Assembly (NCBI GenBank): GCA_964527965.1
Contig: CAZGPH010000002.1
Span: 97,072-161,071, forward strand
DNA: 64,000 bases
From: an uncultured Marinoscillum sp.
GTDB lineage: Bacteria; Bacteroidota; Bacteroidia; Cytophagales; MED-G16
Direction of reading: 5' to 3'
A model generated the notes under the pieces. It did not search any database. It saw only the letters and a program-made list of their open reading frames with translations, and was not told the origin of the DNA. Below are positions 20,183 through 30,887 of this stretch, one piece after another. Within the stretch, counting starts at the first letter, position 1. The number at the start of each line of letters is the position of its first letter. The position numbers were made by a program, and so were the translations under genes.

Positions 20183-21919
20183 TTATAATCCTAATTCTTT
20201 TAATTGATTTTTATCAATCTCTGAGGGAGAATTTATCATTACATCTCTTCCTGAAGTATTTTTAGGAAATGCTATGAAATCTCTTATAGATTCTTTTCCA
20301 CTGAAAAGAGCACAAAGCCTGTCAAAACCAAATGCTATTCCTCCATGTGGAGGTGTACCATATTTGAATGCATCTAATAAAAATCCAAATTGTTTATTAG
20401 CTTCTTCTTTTGAAAATCCTAAAATTTCAAAAACTTTTTCTTGAAGTATTCTATCATGAATTCTTATTGATCCTCCTCCAATTTCTACACCATTTATAAC
20501 TAAGTCATAAGCATTAGCTCTAACTTTTTCTGGGCTCGAGTTAAGGAGATCAATATCATCTATAATTGGTGATGTAAATGGGTGATGCATAGCATGGTAT
20601 CTTTTTGATTCTTCATCCCAGGATACTAATGGAAAATTTACAATCCATACAGGATTAAAAATATCTGGATCTCTCAAATTTAATTTATCCCCCATAAGAA
20701 GTCTCAAAGATGACATAGCAGAAAAAGTTTGGTTTTTCTCTCCTGCTAGAATTAATATTAAATCTGAAGGATTGGAATTATTTTCATTAGCAATTTTCTT
20801 TAAATCATCTGTAGAATAAAATTTATCTACAGAAGATTTTAATGTCCCATCCTCATTGTTTTTAATATAAACTAAACCTTTAGAGCCAATTTGAGGTGTT
20901 TTCACAAATTCAGTAAGTTCGTCTATCTGTTTTCTAGAGTAATTACTGCATCCTTCTACATTAATTGACAAAATAACTTCAGAATCATCAAATACTTTAA
21001 ATCCTTTTCCTTTAACATTTGACGTTAAATCATTGAATTTCATCCCGAACCTTAAATCAGGTTTATCAGATCCATATAATCTAATTGCATCATCATACTC
21101 CATAATAGGTATTTCACCTAAATCCTTATCTAATATATTTTTAAATAACCAAGTTATAAGACCTCCAAAATTTACTAATACATCTTCTCTATTAACAAAT
21201 GACATTTCACAATCTATTTGTGTAAACTCAGGTTGTCTATCTGCTCTTAAATCTTCATCTCTAAAACATTTAACTAACTGATAATATTTGTCAAATCCAG
21301 AAACCATAAGAAGTTGTTTAAATGTCTGTGGAGATTGAGGTAAAGCATAAAACTCCCCTAAATTCATTCTTGAAGGAACTATAAAATCCCTTGCACCCTC
21401 GGGTGTGGATTTAATCAATACTGGTGTTTCAATTTCTAGAAAATCCTTAGAATTAAGATAATTTCTTGTTTCTTGCATTAGGCTATGTCTAAGAATTATA
21501 TTCTCTTGGAGCGGAGATCTTCTTAAATCTAGATATCTATATTTCATTCTTAAATCTTCTCCTCCATCTGTTTCATCTTCTATAGTAAATGGAGGGATAT
21601 CTGATTTATTTAAGAATTCCATTTCAGAAACTTTTATTTCTATATCTCCTGTATCAATATTTGGATTTTTAGAGAGTCTCTCAAAAACTTTTCCTTTAAT
21701 TTTAATTACATACTCTCGTCCACATTTCTTTGCTAATTCAAAAATATTTTTTCCAGAGAATTCCTCTTCAAAAATTAATTGCGTAATTCCATATCTATCT
21801 CTAATATCAATCCAAATTACTTTTCCTTTATCTCTAATTTTATGAGCCCAACCTGATAAAATAACGTTAGACTTTATATCTTTTTTTCTTAACTCTCCAC
21901 AATTATGTGTTCTTAACAT
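20183..21919 (-). CDS. aspS: aspartate--tRNA ligase
   Basis: 578 aa. [12 protein letters not shown]-terminus, class II motifs ([35 protein letters not shown]). Confidence 0.95.
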   Translation of the reverse strand: MLRTHNCGELRKKDIKSNVILSGWAHKIRDKGKVIWIDIRDRYGITQLIFEEEFSGKNIFELAKKCGREYVIKIKGKVFERLSKNPNIDTGDIEIKVSEMEFLNKSDIPPFTIEDETDGGEDLRMKYRYLDLRRSPLQENIILRHSLMQETRNYLNSKDFLEIETPVLIKSTPEGARDFIVPSRMNLGEFYALPQSPQTFKQLLMVSGFDKYYQLVKCFRDEDLRADRQPEFTQIDCEMSFVNREDVLVNFGGLITWLFKNILDKDLGEIPIMEYDDAIRLYGSDKPDLRFGMKFNDLTSNVKGKGFKVFDDSEVILSINVEGCSNYSRKQIDELTEFVKTPQIGSKGLVYIKNNEDGTLKSSVDKFYSTDDLKKIANENNSNPSDLILILAGEKNQTFSAMSSLRLLMGDKLNLRDPDIFNPVWIVNFPLVSWDEESKRYHAMHHPFTSPIIDDIDLLNSSPEKVRANAYDLVINGVEIGGGSIRIHDRILQEKVFEILGFSKEEANKQFGFLLDAFKYGTPPHGGIAFGFDRLCALFSGKESIRDFIAFPKNTSGRDVMINSPSEIDKNQLKELGL

Positions 21920-21992
21920 AGATAATGATTTTCAACAAAATTAATAGAATTATAAAGAATGCGTTAATTTTTTTTATAATCTTACACTAGTT

Positions 21993-22442
21993 ATGAATAT
22001 ATTAAAAAACAACCATGAATATTTTATGAAAATGGCTCTTAAAGAAGCTAAATCGGCTTATGAGGAAGAAGAAATACCAATTGGAGCTGTAATAGTTCAT
22101 AATAATAAAGTGATTAGTAAAGGTCATAACCAATCTCAAAGACTAAATGATGCCACAGCACATGCAGAAATGATAGCAATTACTTCTGCGCAAAATAAAT
22201 TAGGTAGTAAATACTTAAATGAATGTGAACTTTATGTGACACTAGAGCCTTGTATGATGTGTAGTGGGGCTATACATCTCTCTAAAATAAATAAAGTAGT
22301 TTATGCTCTAGACGATAAGGAGAAAGGATATTTAAAGAAATCAAAGAAAGAACTAAATAAAAAACTGGTAATTGTTTCAAATATTCTTGAATCTGAATCA
22401 AAAAATCTATTAGAATCTTTTTTCTTTAAATTAAGAAGCTGA
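21993..22442 (+). CDS. tadA: tRNA adenosine(34) deaminase
   Basis: 149 aa. CDA zinc motifs HAEMIAI and PCMMCSGA. Confidence 0.9.
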   Translation: MNILKNNHEYFMKMALKEAKSAYEEEEIPIGAVIVHNNKVISKGHNQSQRLNDATAHAEMIAITSAQNKLGSKYLNECELYVTLEPCMMCSGAIHLSKINKVVYALDDKEKGYLKKSKKELNKKLVIVSNILESESKNLLESFFFKLRS

Positions 22443-22509
22443 ACCTTCAGTATTTAAAGTAAAATTCTTAAATTCATTAATAATTTAATTTTAATTAAAA
22501 AAAAAAACA

Positions 22510-23106
22510 ATGTCATTCAATTTACCTGATTTACCTTATTCTTATGATGCTCTTGAACCTCATATTGATTCTACAACTATGGAAATTCACCATAAAAGAC
22601 ATCATAACCTTTACATTACAAATCTCAATAATGCAATTGAAAATTCTAGTCTTGAAGGGTTATCTATAGAGGATCTATGTACAAAACATTCAGATAATAT
22701 TACTGTAAGAAACAACGGAGGTGGTCATTACAATCATTCGTTATTTTGGGAAATTCTTTCCCCAAATGGTGGTGGAGAACCAACTGGAAAAGTAAAAGGT
22801 CTGATAGAATCTAGTTTTGGAGATATAAATAATTTTAAAGAAAAATTTAAAACTGCAGCAATGACAAGATTTGGTTCAGGATGGGCATGGTTATGTCAAA
22901 TTGATGATCATCTTGAGATATGCTCAACTGCTAATCAAGATAATCCTTTAATGCCTGGGATTTGTAATGACTCGAGTAATATTTTAATGGGTATTGATGT
23001 ATGGGAACATGCTTACTATCTTAATTATCAAAATAAAAGAGTTGAGTATGTAGATGCTTTCTTTAATCTTGTAAATTGGGAAGAAGTAAATAATAGATTA
23101 AAATAA
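22510..23106 (+). CDS. Fe/Mn superoxide dismutase
   Basis: 198 aa. [16 protein letters not shown]...HHKRHH...DVWEHAYYL signature. Confidence 0.95.
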   Translation: MSFNLPDLPYSYDALEPHIDSTTMEIHHKRHHNLYITNLNNAIENSSLEGLSIEDLCTKHSDNITVRNNGGGHYNHSLFWEILSPNGGGEPTGKVKGLIESSFGDINNFKEKFKTAAMTRFGSGWAWLCQIDDHLEICSTANQDNPLMPGICNDSSNILMGIDVWEHAYYLNYQNKRVEYVDAFFNLVNWEEVNNRLK

Positions 23107-23112
23107 TTACCA

Positions 23113-24474
23113 ATGAATAATAGAAGAGGATTTATTAAGAATGCTGCTAAAATTGGGATTGGATCTCAGTTTCTTTTTAATACACCTCTTGAGTTAATTG
23201 CTAATAATAGATCAAAAATATCATCAAACGATAAAATTAATTTTGGAGTAATTGGGTGTAAAGGTATGGGTTGGAGTGATATGAGATCAATTTTAAAAAA
23301 CAGTGAAACTGACTGTATAGCACTTTGCGATGTTGATGATAAGGTTCTAGAAGAAAGATCAGAAAATGTAAAAGATATTACTGGTAAAAAACCTAAAATC
23401 TATAAAGACTACAGAAAGTTATTAGAAAATAAAGATATTGATGCTGTTGTTATTGGTACACCTGATCACTGGCACTGTTTAAATTTAGTAGATGCTCTTA
23501 GTGCAGATAAACATATATATTGTGAGAAACCTATTTCAAATTCAATTGAAGAAGCAGATATAATGTTAAAAGCTTCATTAGAAGCAAAAAAATGTATTCA
23601 AGTTGGACAGTGGCAAAGAAGCGGAGGTCAATACAAAGAAGCGATGAATTATTTATGGTCAGGAGAAATAGGCAAAGTAAGATTAGTAAAAGTATGGGCT
23701 TATATGGGTTGGTATGGATGGGTAGATAATTTAAAAGATACTGATACCCCTAAAGGAATAGACTATAATATGTGGTTAGGTCCTGCACCTTTAAGAAAGT
23801 TTAATAAAAATAGATTCCATGGTAGTTTTAGGTGGTACTGGGATTACGCTGGTGGCCTAATGACTGACTGGGGAGTTCATGAAATTGATATAGCACTTTG
23901 GGGGATGAATGCAAAAAATCCTTTATCAATTTCTGCAGCTGGAGGTAAGTTTGCTTACCCTAATCAAGATACTGAGACGCCAGATTCTCTTCAAACTATA
24001 TATGAATATAAAGATTTTACAATGTTATGGGAACATGCAAATGGAATTGATGGTGGAAATTATGGACTTAGTGAAGGGATAGCATTCATTGGAGATAAAG
24101 GAACTATTGTAGTAAATAGGACTGGATGGGAAGTAATTCCAGAGAAAGATCACCGTAATAGTGGAGACTTATTTATTGAAGATGTCCCTAGGACTACTTT
24201 TAACTGGGATGATGTTAGAAAAAAGTATGGCAATGCTCTTGATTTACATACAGAAAACTTTGTAGATAGCATTAAAAAAAATGACCCATCAATTTTAAAC
24301 TGTGGAATAGAAAGTGGAAGCCAAGTTTCAAAAGTTGCTCATATGGGTAATGTTGCTTTTAGAAGTGGATCAAAAATCAGATGGAATGAGGAAAAAAATA
24401 ATTTTGATAATTCTTCAGCAAATGATTTAATAATTCCTAGTTATAATAATGGATGGAAATTACCTAGAATCTGA
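23113..24474 (+). CDS. Gfo/Idh/MocA-family oxidoreductase with Tat signal
   Basis: 453 aa. Twin-arginine N-terminus MNNRRGFIKNAAKIG. Rossmann region FGVIGCKGMG and the EKP motif (YCEKPIS). Confidence 0.8.
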   Translation: MNNRRGFIKNAAKIGIGSQFLFNTPLELIANNRSKISSNDKINFGVIGCKGMGWSDMRSILKNSETDCIALCDVDDKVLEERSENVKDITGKKPKIYKDYRKLLENKDIDAVVIGTPDHWHCLNLVDALSADKHIYCEKPISNSIEEADIMLKASLEAKKCIQVGQWQRSGGQYKEAMNYLWSGEIGKVRLVKVWAYMGWYGWVDNLKDTDTPKGIDYNMWLGPAPLRKFNKNRFHGSFRWYWDYAGGLMTDWGVHEIDIALWGMNAKNPLSISAAGGKFAYPNQDTETPDSLQTIYEYKDFTMLWEHANGIDGGNYGLSEGIAFIGDKGTIVVNRTGWEVIPEKDHRNSGDLFIEDVPRTTFNWDDVRKKYGNALDLHTENFVDSIKKNDPSILNCGIESGSQVSKVAHMGNVAFRSGSKIRWNEEKNNFDNSSANDLIIPSYNNGWKLPRI

Positions 24475-26481
24475 TTTTTGAGATATTATTTTAATTAATT
24501 CAATATTTTCATCTCTCAATCTAGCTGCTTCATAGAAGTCTAGATTCTCAGCAGCTTTACTCATCTCAATTTTATTCTTTTCTATAATATTTTCAATTTC
24601 TTTTTTGGACATATCTTTTATTACAGGATCAATTTGAAGATCAGAAACAAATTTTATTTTAGAATTCTCCTGATGAGCAACAGTTGTTTGCTCTAATATT
24701 TTTTCTTTTGATTTGACAATAGTTTTTGGTGTAATACCATGTTCAATATTATATGAATGCTGTATTTTTCTTCTTCTATTAGTTTCATCAATTGTTGATT
24801 TCATAGATTTTGTTACTTTGTCAGCATACATTATAACTAATCCTTTTACATTTCTAGCTGCTCTACCAACAGTTTGAATTAAGGATTTCTCATTTCTTAA
24901 AAATCCTTCTTTATCAGCATCTAAAATAATAACTAAAGAAACTTCTGGTAAATCTAGACCTTCTCTCAATAAATTAACTCCAACTAACACGTCAAAAGTA
25001 CCTAATCTTAATTCCCTAAGAATCTTGACTCTCTCCAAAGAATCTATTTCAGAGTGCATATATCTAGCTTTGATTCCACTGTTATTAAGATATTTATTAA
25101 GTTCTTCAGACATTCTTTTAGTAAGAGTGGTTATCAAAACTCTCTCAGATTTTTCAACTCTTTTAAATATTTCATTAATAATATCATCTATTTGATTTTC
25201 TGTTTTTCTTACCTCAATAGGAGGATCAAGTAAACCAGTAGGTCTAATTATTTGTTCAACAATTGATCCACCTGAAGAGTTAAGCTCATAATCAGAAGGA
25301 GTGGCTCCAACAAATACAACTTTATTAATAAGAGATTCAAACTCTTGAAAATTTAATGGCCTATTATCTAAGGCTGATGGTAGTCTAAATCCGTAATCTA
25401 CAAGATTCATTTTTCTAGATCTATCACCTCCCCACATAGCTCTTATTTGAGGAATAGTAACATGACTTTCATCAACAAAAAGCATAAAATCATCAGGAAA
25501 ATAATCAATTAGACAGAAAGGTCTCTTCCCTGGTTTTCTTCTATCAAAATATCTTGAATAATTTTCAACACCAGAGCAATATCCTATTTCATTTATCATT
25601 TCAATATCAAACTCAGTTCTTTCTTTAATCCTCTTAGCCTCATTAAACTTTCTTTCTTTCTCAAAAAACAGAATTTGTTTTTCTAAATCATTCTCAATTT
25701 CATTTAATGCTTTATCAATTACATCTTTTGAGGTGACAAATAAATTTGCAGGATATATTTTAATTGAATCTTCGGTAGAAATAGACCTACCAGTAGATGG
25801 GTCTACTTTTTGAATAGATTCCACTTCATCTCCCCAAAAAATAATTCTCAAAATATAATCAGCATATGCTAAGTATATATCTAGAGTGTCTCCTCTTAAT
25901 CTAAATGTTCCCCTTTTAAAATCTGATTCATGAGACCTTTCATATAAAATATCTACTAAAGAAAATAATAGCTCTTTTAATAAAATATTTTGCCCAACAC
26001 CTATTTCAATAACATTTTTACCAAAATCTTCAGGGTTACCAATACCATAAATGCATGATACAGAGGCAACTACAATAACATCATTCCTTCCAGAAAGCAA
26101 AGATGATGTTGCACTCAACCTCAACTTTTCAATTTGTTCGTTAATTGATAAATCTTTTTCTATATAAACATTAGAACTTGGAATATAGGCTTCAGGTTGA
26201 TAATAATCATAATAGGAAATAAAATATTCAACACAATTATTTGGAAAAAAAGATTTTAATTCTCCATATAATTGGGCGGCAAGTGTTTTATTATGAGAAA
26301 TAATTAAAGTTGGTTTATTGATTTTTTGAATAACATTTGCCATTGTAAATGTTTTACCAGAACCTGTGACACCTAATAAAACTTGACTCTTTTCATTATT
26401 ATTGATTCCCTTAACCAATTCATCAATAGCCTTTGGTTGATCACCTCTAGGAGAAAATTCTGAATGTATTTTAAAGTCCAA
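24460..26481 (-). CDS. uvrB: excinuclease ABC subunit B
   Basis: 673 aa. Walker A GVTGSGKT, DESH box, helicase motifs and a C-terminal UVR domain (FYEAARLRDE). Confidence 0.97.
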   Translation of the reverse strand: MDFKIHSEFSPRGDQPKAIDELVKGINNNEKSQVLLGVTGSGKTFTMANVIQKINKPTLIISHNKTLAAQLYGELKSFFPNNCVEYFISYYDYYQPEAYIPSSNVYIEKDLSINEQIEKLRLSATSSLLSGRNDVIVVASVSCIYGIGNPEDFGKNVIEIGVGQNILLKELLFSLVDILYERSHESDFKRGTFRLRGDTLDIYLAYADYILRIIFWGDEVESIQKVDPSTGRSISTEDSIKIYPANLFVTSKDVIDKALNEIENDLEKQILFFEKERKFNEAKRIKERTEFDIEMINEIGYCSGVENYSRYFDRRKPGKRPFCLIDYFPDDFMLFVDESHVTIPQIRAMWGGDRSRKMNLVDYGFRLPSALDNRPLNFQEFESLINKVVFVGATPSDYELNSSGGSIVEQIIRPTGLLDPPIEVRKTENQIDDIINEIFKRVEKSERVLITTLTKRMSEELNKYLNNSGIKARYMHSEIDSLERVKILRELRLGTFDVLVGVNLLREGLDLPEVSLVIILDADKEGFLRNEKSLIQTVGRAARNVKGLVIMYADKVTKSMKSTIDETNRRRKIQHSYNIEHGITPKTIVKSKEKILEQTTVAHQENSKIKFVSDLQIDPVIKDMSKKEIENIIEKNKIEMSKAAENLDFYEAARLRDENIELIKIISQKSDSR

Positions 26482-26490
26482 TTTTAAAAA

Positions 26491-27225
26491 TTATTTATTC
26501 CATATTTCCCATGATAGCTCTGCTTGTTTTACAAGCATTTCATATCCATTTTTAATTTTAGATCCATTATCCATTGATAATTTAAGAAATAAAGTAATTT
26601 CTGGATTATAAATCAAATCATAAACATAATGATTTTTAGAAAGTAATTTAAAATTAAAAGAAGGATGGATATTTATATTTGGGAACATGCCCAAAGGTGT
26701 TGTATTTATAATTAATTTATTATTTTTTATAAAATCTCCTTTTAATAGTTCATCATAAGAAATTTCTGAACTAGTTGGTTTCCTTGATACAAATAGTGAA
26801 GGAATATTCAATTCTTTGAGAGCATATTTTATAGCTTTTGAGCTTCCTCCCGTACCTAAAACAATAGATGAAAATTCTAAATGAGGTAACCATAATTTTA
26901 ATGAATACATAAATGCAACATAATCAGTATTGTACCCTATAAGTTTTTTATTTTCTTTATTTATGACATTTACTGACCCTATTTCTTTTGCAACAGATTC
27001 TGTATTATCCAAGTATGGTATTACTTGTTCTTTGTATGGGATAGTAACGTTTAATCCACAAATATTTTTTTCTTTTTTTATTAAATTCCTAATATATGAT
27101 ACTTTATCAATTTCATAGTTTTTATACTCTGAATTTAAAATATTTTCTTCTTTGAACTTATTCTTGAAATACCCTTGAGAGAAAGAATGTGTTAATGGCG
27201 TTCCTATTAATCCAAATTTTTTCAT
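26491..27225 (-). CDS. aroE: shikimate dehydrogenase
   Basis: 244 aa. GLIGTPLTHSFSQ, NVTIPYK, NTDY and GTGGSSKA motifs of AroE. Confidence 0.85.
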   Translation of the reverse strand: MKKFGLIGTPLTHSFSQGYFKNKFKEENILNSEYKNYEIDKVSYIRNLIKKEKNICGLNVTIPYKEQVIPYLDNTESVAKEIGSVNVINKENKKLIGYNTDYVAFMYSLKLWLPHLEFSSIVLGTGGSSKAIKYALKELNIPSLFVSRKPTSSEISYDELLKGDFIKNNKLIINTTPLGMFPNINIHPSFNFKLLSKNHYVYDLIYNPEITLFLKLSMDNGSKIKNGYEMLVKQAELSWEIWNK

Positions 27226-28088
27226 TTTGATTTAATATTATATCCTATAAATCCTGTCAATATAAATATTAATAAAGAAAATATAAATAAATTATTTTCA
27301 CCAGTAACTCTATAATATTCCATTGGAAAAAATAACTTTTCATTATAAGTCCAAGGCCAAACTTTATTTAAGGCACCTAACATCAAACCTGACAAAAAGA
27401 AAATAGTTGAATTATAGTAGTTATTTAATAGCCAGTAAATAATTTTAGAAAAGGATAAAACGCCAAGAAAGGCACCTATGGAAAAAATTAAAATATTATC
27501 AATATAAAGATTAGAAATAGATTCTAACATAAACTCATATTTCCCAATCATCAATAAAATATAACTACCAGAAATTCCAGGAAGAAGCATAGCAGAAATT
27601 GCTACAAATCCAGAAAGAAAAATAGATAAAAAACTATCTGAAGTATTTATTGGGTTAATTAGTGATATAAAAAATCCAAAAGAAAAACCTAAAATTATAA
27701 TAAGATTGCTTTTTATTGATTTAGGCTTAAAGTCAAATATAATTTTTAATGATGAAAAAAAAATTAGACCAAAAAAGAAACTAAATAATAATATTTTATG
27801 ATTAATAATTAAAAATGAAATTATTTTAGAAAATAAAAGAATTGAAGTAATAATCCCAATAAAAACTGGAATCAAAAATTTAAAATTTAATTGATTAGAA
27901 AGTTTATTATAGTTGAGTGTCAAAAAATAAAAAAGAGTTTCTTTATTAAAAGAATTTAATGAGTTAATTAGATTTTTATAAATTCCAAGTAACAAAGCCA
28001 CAGTTCCTCCTGAAATTCCAGGAATTAAATCAGATACACCCATTGCCATACCTTTTAAAAAAAGTAATAGGCGATTTTTTATTATCAT
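27222..28088 (-). CDS. DUF368-family polytopic membrane protein (family implicated in undecaprenyl-phosphate translocation)
   Basis: Duplicated PGISGG(T/S) motifs (DLIPGISGGTVALLLG and LLPGISGSYILL) are the DUF368 hallmark. I prefer the ATG at 28088, which avoids overlapping the upstream gene. Confidence 0.8.
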   Translation of the reverse strand: MIIKNRLLLFLKGMAMGVSDLIPGISGGTVALLLGIYKNLINSLNSFNKETLFYFLTLNYNKLSNQLNFKFLIPVFIGIITSILLFSKIISFLIINHKILLFSFFFGLIFFSSLKIIFDFKPKSIKSNLIIILGFSFGFFISLINPINTSDSFLSIFLSGFVAISAMLLPGISGSYILLMIGKYEFMLESISNLYIDNILIFSIGAFLGVLSFSKIIYWLLNNYYNSTIFFLSGLMLGALNKVWPWTYNEKLFFPMEYYRVTGENNLFIFSLLIFILTGFIGYNIKSK

Positions 28089-28089
28089 A

Positions 28090-28845
28090 TTAGAGATATT
28101 GGTTAAAAGTATCACCCCGTAAACCAACTCTAATAGTTTCTAAAGATATAACCTCATTTCCAGATATGTTACCTAGATTAACATTTTGACCTAATAATTT
28201 AACAAACCAAACTTGCTGTGATTTAAGAGGTGCTTCCCATAAGATCTTTTCTGTTGGTATTTCTGTGAGTATTTCTTCAACAAGTCCTTGTCTTACCTCT
28301 CCGGAAGATCTAAATAAGCCTACACTACCCGACTCTCTTGCTTCACCAATTACTTTCCAAGATCCAGCATTAAGTTCTGCTCTCATTTGTCTTATCCATT
28401 TATATGGAGGTATAATTTTTTTTTCGTCTTTTGAGCCAATCTCTGAAAATACAGTTACATAATTAGCTAATTTTTCAATGTATTCACATTTCTTTTTATG
28501 AGGTATGGAAATTGAACCATCAGATACTTCTGCATACTTTAAGTCATATTCTTTTAAAATTTTAATATAATCATCTATCTGATTCCTTATAGCAAAAGCT
28601 TCAAAAAGGGTACCACCAAAATATACATTGATATTTGCATCTCTAAATAATTTTAATTTTTCTTTAAGGTTTGTAGCAAAATTTGATGTAGTCCAACCAA
28701 ATTTTATAAAATCAATATATTTTGAAGAGGATTCAATTAAATTTTTACATTCTTGAATACTAGAACCCTTATCTATAACCATAGTTATTCCATCTTCTCT
28801 AGGTTTCTCAGTTCTTTCAGGTATATTTTTTAAATTAAAATTCAT
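28090..28845 (-). CDS. comA: (2R)-phospho-3-sulfolactate synthase (ComA family)
   Basis: 251 aa. The N-terminus ...PERTEKPREDGITMVIDKG, the length and the overall pattern fit the ComA/YitD family as I recall it. Confidence 0.75.
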   Translation of the reverse strand: MNFNLKNIPERTEKPREDGITMVIDKGSSIQECKNLIESSSKYIDFIKFGWTTSNFATNLKEKLKLFRDANINVYFGGTLFEAFAIRNQIDDYIKILKEYDLKYAEVSDGSISIPHKKKCEYIEKLANYVTVFSEIGSKDEKKIIPPYKWIRQMRAELNAGSWKVIGEARESGSVGLFRSSGEVRQGLVEEILTEIPTEKILWEAPLKSQQVWFVKLLGQNVNLGNISGNEVISLETIRVGLRGDTFNQYL

Positions 28846-30254
28846 TTTAAATTATTCTTTCTATACTGATTAATTACCCTTATTAATGCAGATTGTGATT
28901 CAAAGTTAGGGACAAAATCAAAAAGTACTTCATGATTATCAAAATTTAATGATAATGCACTTTCTAAAACATTAATAGATTCTTTATACTTTCCAGCATC
29001 CATAAGATAAATCACAAGTCTATAATAGAGTAAAGACTCATGAGGGACTTCATCGATAGAATCTTCAATAATACTTATAGCCTTATCAACATCTCCACTT
29101 TCATAATACATCAATGAAAAATCTAAGGAAATATTAAAGTCAGAAGGATCAAGATCAAGTGCTTTTTGATATAATTCAACACTAGAGACCATATTCCCAA
29201 CTTTAAATTCAGCAAAAGCTAAGGATTTTATATAATTTATATTTTCATTATCTAGTTTAAAAGCTTTTTTAAAATAATGAATAGCTTCAAACCACTTATC
29301 AAAAGATACTAAAGATTTCCCAAGCCAGTAATAAGACTCTTTATAGAATTGATCAATTTTTATCGATTTTTGAAAATATTTAATTGATGTTGTAAGATCA
29401 TCTAAATAGTAGTATGCTCTTCCTATCGATGAATATATTTCAGGTGAAGGACCATCCAATTCTAATGATTTATAAAAATATTTTTTAGATAATTTATAAT
29501 CTTTTAGGTGTATATATGACTCCGCTAAACTTGAATATGCACTTGAATATTCATCATCAATAGCGATTGCAAATTCAAAAGCTTCAGATGCTCTCTTATA
29601 ATATTTTAATTTTAAAAAAATATTTCCAAGATTAAACCAAGCATACTCTGAATATGGATCCTCATCAATGAATTTTTTATAATAATGAACACTATTTTCA
29701 AGCTCACCATTTATTTCTTGGCAATATGCTAAATCATATAACGCATTTTCATGGTTTATATTAATTTCAATTGCATTTTTGAAATATACTGATGCTTCTT
29801 TAAACTTTTTTTGAGATTGATACGCTAATCCAATCTGATAATTTATCTCATCTTTATTTTCAGAATATTGAAGTGCATCATTCAATAGAGAAATTGCTCC
29901 TTCATATTCAGCAAGAATTATTTTAACCTGACCCATTAATATAAATATATTTTCATCAGTTGGATTTAGTGAGTGAGCTCTCTCTAAAGAAAATAAGGCA
30001 TCAGAAAATTTTTGAAGAGCTATCAATATGTTAGCTTTTTGAATTAATAAATCCGAAGAGAATTGATGTTGTGATAATGCAAAATTAACAGCTTTAAGAC
30101 CAAGCTTGAACTTATGATTATCTATGTACCATTTAGTAATTTTCTCATAAGACTCAGAATCATAGTAAATATCAATATCATTCTTGATCTTCATCTCAAA
30201 CTCCAAAACTAACTTATATATTTCGTCCTTCTTTTTTTTAAATTCTTCAGCCAT
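28842..30254 (-). CDS. TPR-repeat protein
   Basis: 470 aa of recurring 34-residue TPR-like units (A..Y/F..A..L.P patterns throughout). No signal peptide. Confidence 0.7.
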   Translation of the reverse strand: MAEEFKKKKDEIYKLVLEFEMKIKNDIDIYYDSESYEKITKWYIDNHKFKLGLKAVNFALSQHQFSSDLLIQKANILIALQKFSDALFSLERAHSLNPTDENIFILMGQVKIILAEYEGAISLLNDALQYSENKDEINYQIGLAYQSQKKFKEASVYFKNAIEININHENALYDLAYCQEINGELENSVHYYKKFIDEDPYSEYAWFNLGNIFLKLKYYKRASEAFEFAIAIDDEYSSAYSSLAESYIHLKDYKLSKKYFYKSLELDGPSPEIYSSIGRAYYYLDDLTTSIKYFQKSIKIDQFYKESYYWLGKSLVSFDKWFEAIHYFKKAFKLDNENINYIKSLAFAEFKVGNMVSSVELYQKALDLDPSDFNISLDFSLMYYESGDVDKAISIIEDSIDEVPHESLLYYRLVIYLMDAGKYKESINVLESALSLNFDNHEVLFDFVPNFESQSALIRVINQYRKNNLK

Positions 30255-30294
30255 ATAGTGATTTTTTCAATGAAACTTAAAGCTAATAATTATA

Positions 30295-30324
30295 TTGTTT
30301 ATTTATAAATGAAATTTATTTTTG
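30295..30324 (+). promoter_or_regulatory. candidate Bacteroidetes sigma-A promoter for tRNA-Arg (TTG -N19- TATTTTTG)
   Basis: -33-like TTG at 30295-30297. Perfect TAnnTTTG at 30317-30324, ending 6 nt before the tRNA 5' end. The spacing fits the published Bacteroides consensus. Confidence 0.45.
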
Positions 30325-30330
30325 TTGAAT

Positions 30331-30402
30331 GGCTCTGTAGTTCAATGGATAGAATAGAAGTTTCCTAAACTTTAGATACAAGTTCGATTCTTGTCAGAGC
30401 TA
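30331..30402 (+). tRNA. tRNA-Arg (anticodon CCU)
   Basis: Hand-folded 72-nt cloverleaf. Acceptor stem GGCTCTG/CAGAGCT. Anticodon stem GAAGT/ACTTT with loop TTCCTAA. T arm ACAAG-TTCGATT-CTTGT. Confidence 0.9.
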
Positions 30403-30404
30403 CT

Positions 30405-30887
30405 ATGATTATAATTATAGCTTTCATTTTTCTATCTATTGATATGAATATAGGTATTTTGGAAAAAGGAATTAGAAAATATAATAAAGGCAATTACCAA
30501 AAAGCTATCGAAATTCTTAATAAAGTTGAGAAAAAAGATAGAAATTTTGAATATTACTTTTATATGGGTCATTCTTATTCATTTCTAGATAAGAATGAAA
30601 TATCAATAATTTACTATGATTCGGCAATTCAAATTAATGATAAAAAAGATATTGTTTTTTTTGAGAAAGGGTTTTCAAATTTTATAATGGGAAATAGTAT
30701 TGAAGCTTTAAAAAATTTAAATAGAGCCATTGAGTTAAAACCAAATAATGCTAAATATTATGTAAATAGAGGTACAATAAAATATGATTTAGGAGATAAA
30801 GAATCTGCTTGTAATGACTGGTATAATGCTATGAGAATAGATAATGAAATTATTAACTACGGTATGATTCAATCAAATTGTAATTAA
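30405..30887 (+). CDS. small TPR-repeat protein
   Basis: 160 aa with TPR units (YQKAIEILNKV..., AIELKPNNAKYYVNRG). The track start lies only 2 nt after the tRNA; an alternative start is the ATG at 30444 (MNIGILEKG). Confidence 0.6.
   Translation: MIIIIAFIFLSIDMNIGILEKGIRKYNKGNYQKAIEILNKVEKKDRNFEYYFYMGHSYSFLDKNEISIIYYDSAIQINDKKDIVFFEKGFSNFIMGNSIEALKNLNRAIELKPNNAKYYVNRGTIKYDLGDKESACNDWYNAMRIDNEIINYGMIQSNCN

Noticed and set aside
22497-22507. 11-nt poly(A) tract immediately upstream of the superoxide dismutase start codon
   Set aside because: A-rich, Shine-Dalgarno-less leaders are normal for Bacteroidota translation initiation. There is no evidence for slipped-strand regulation.
3234-30402. 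The tRNA genes (3234..3315 and 30331..30402) as possible integration hot-spots for genomic islands
   Set aside because: There is no integrase, no direct repeat of either tRNA 3' end, and no compositional break that I can see. The flanking genes are core housekeeping (tig/clpP, TPR proteins).
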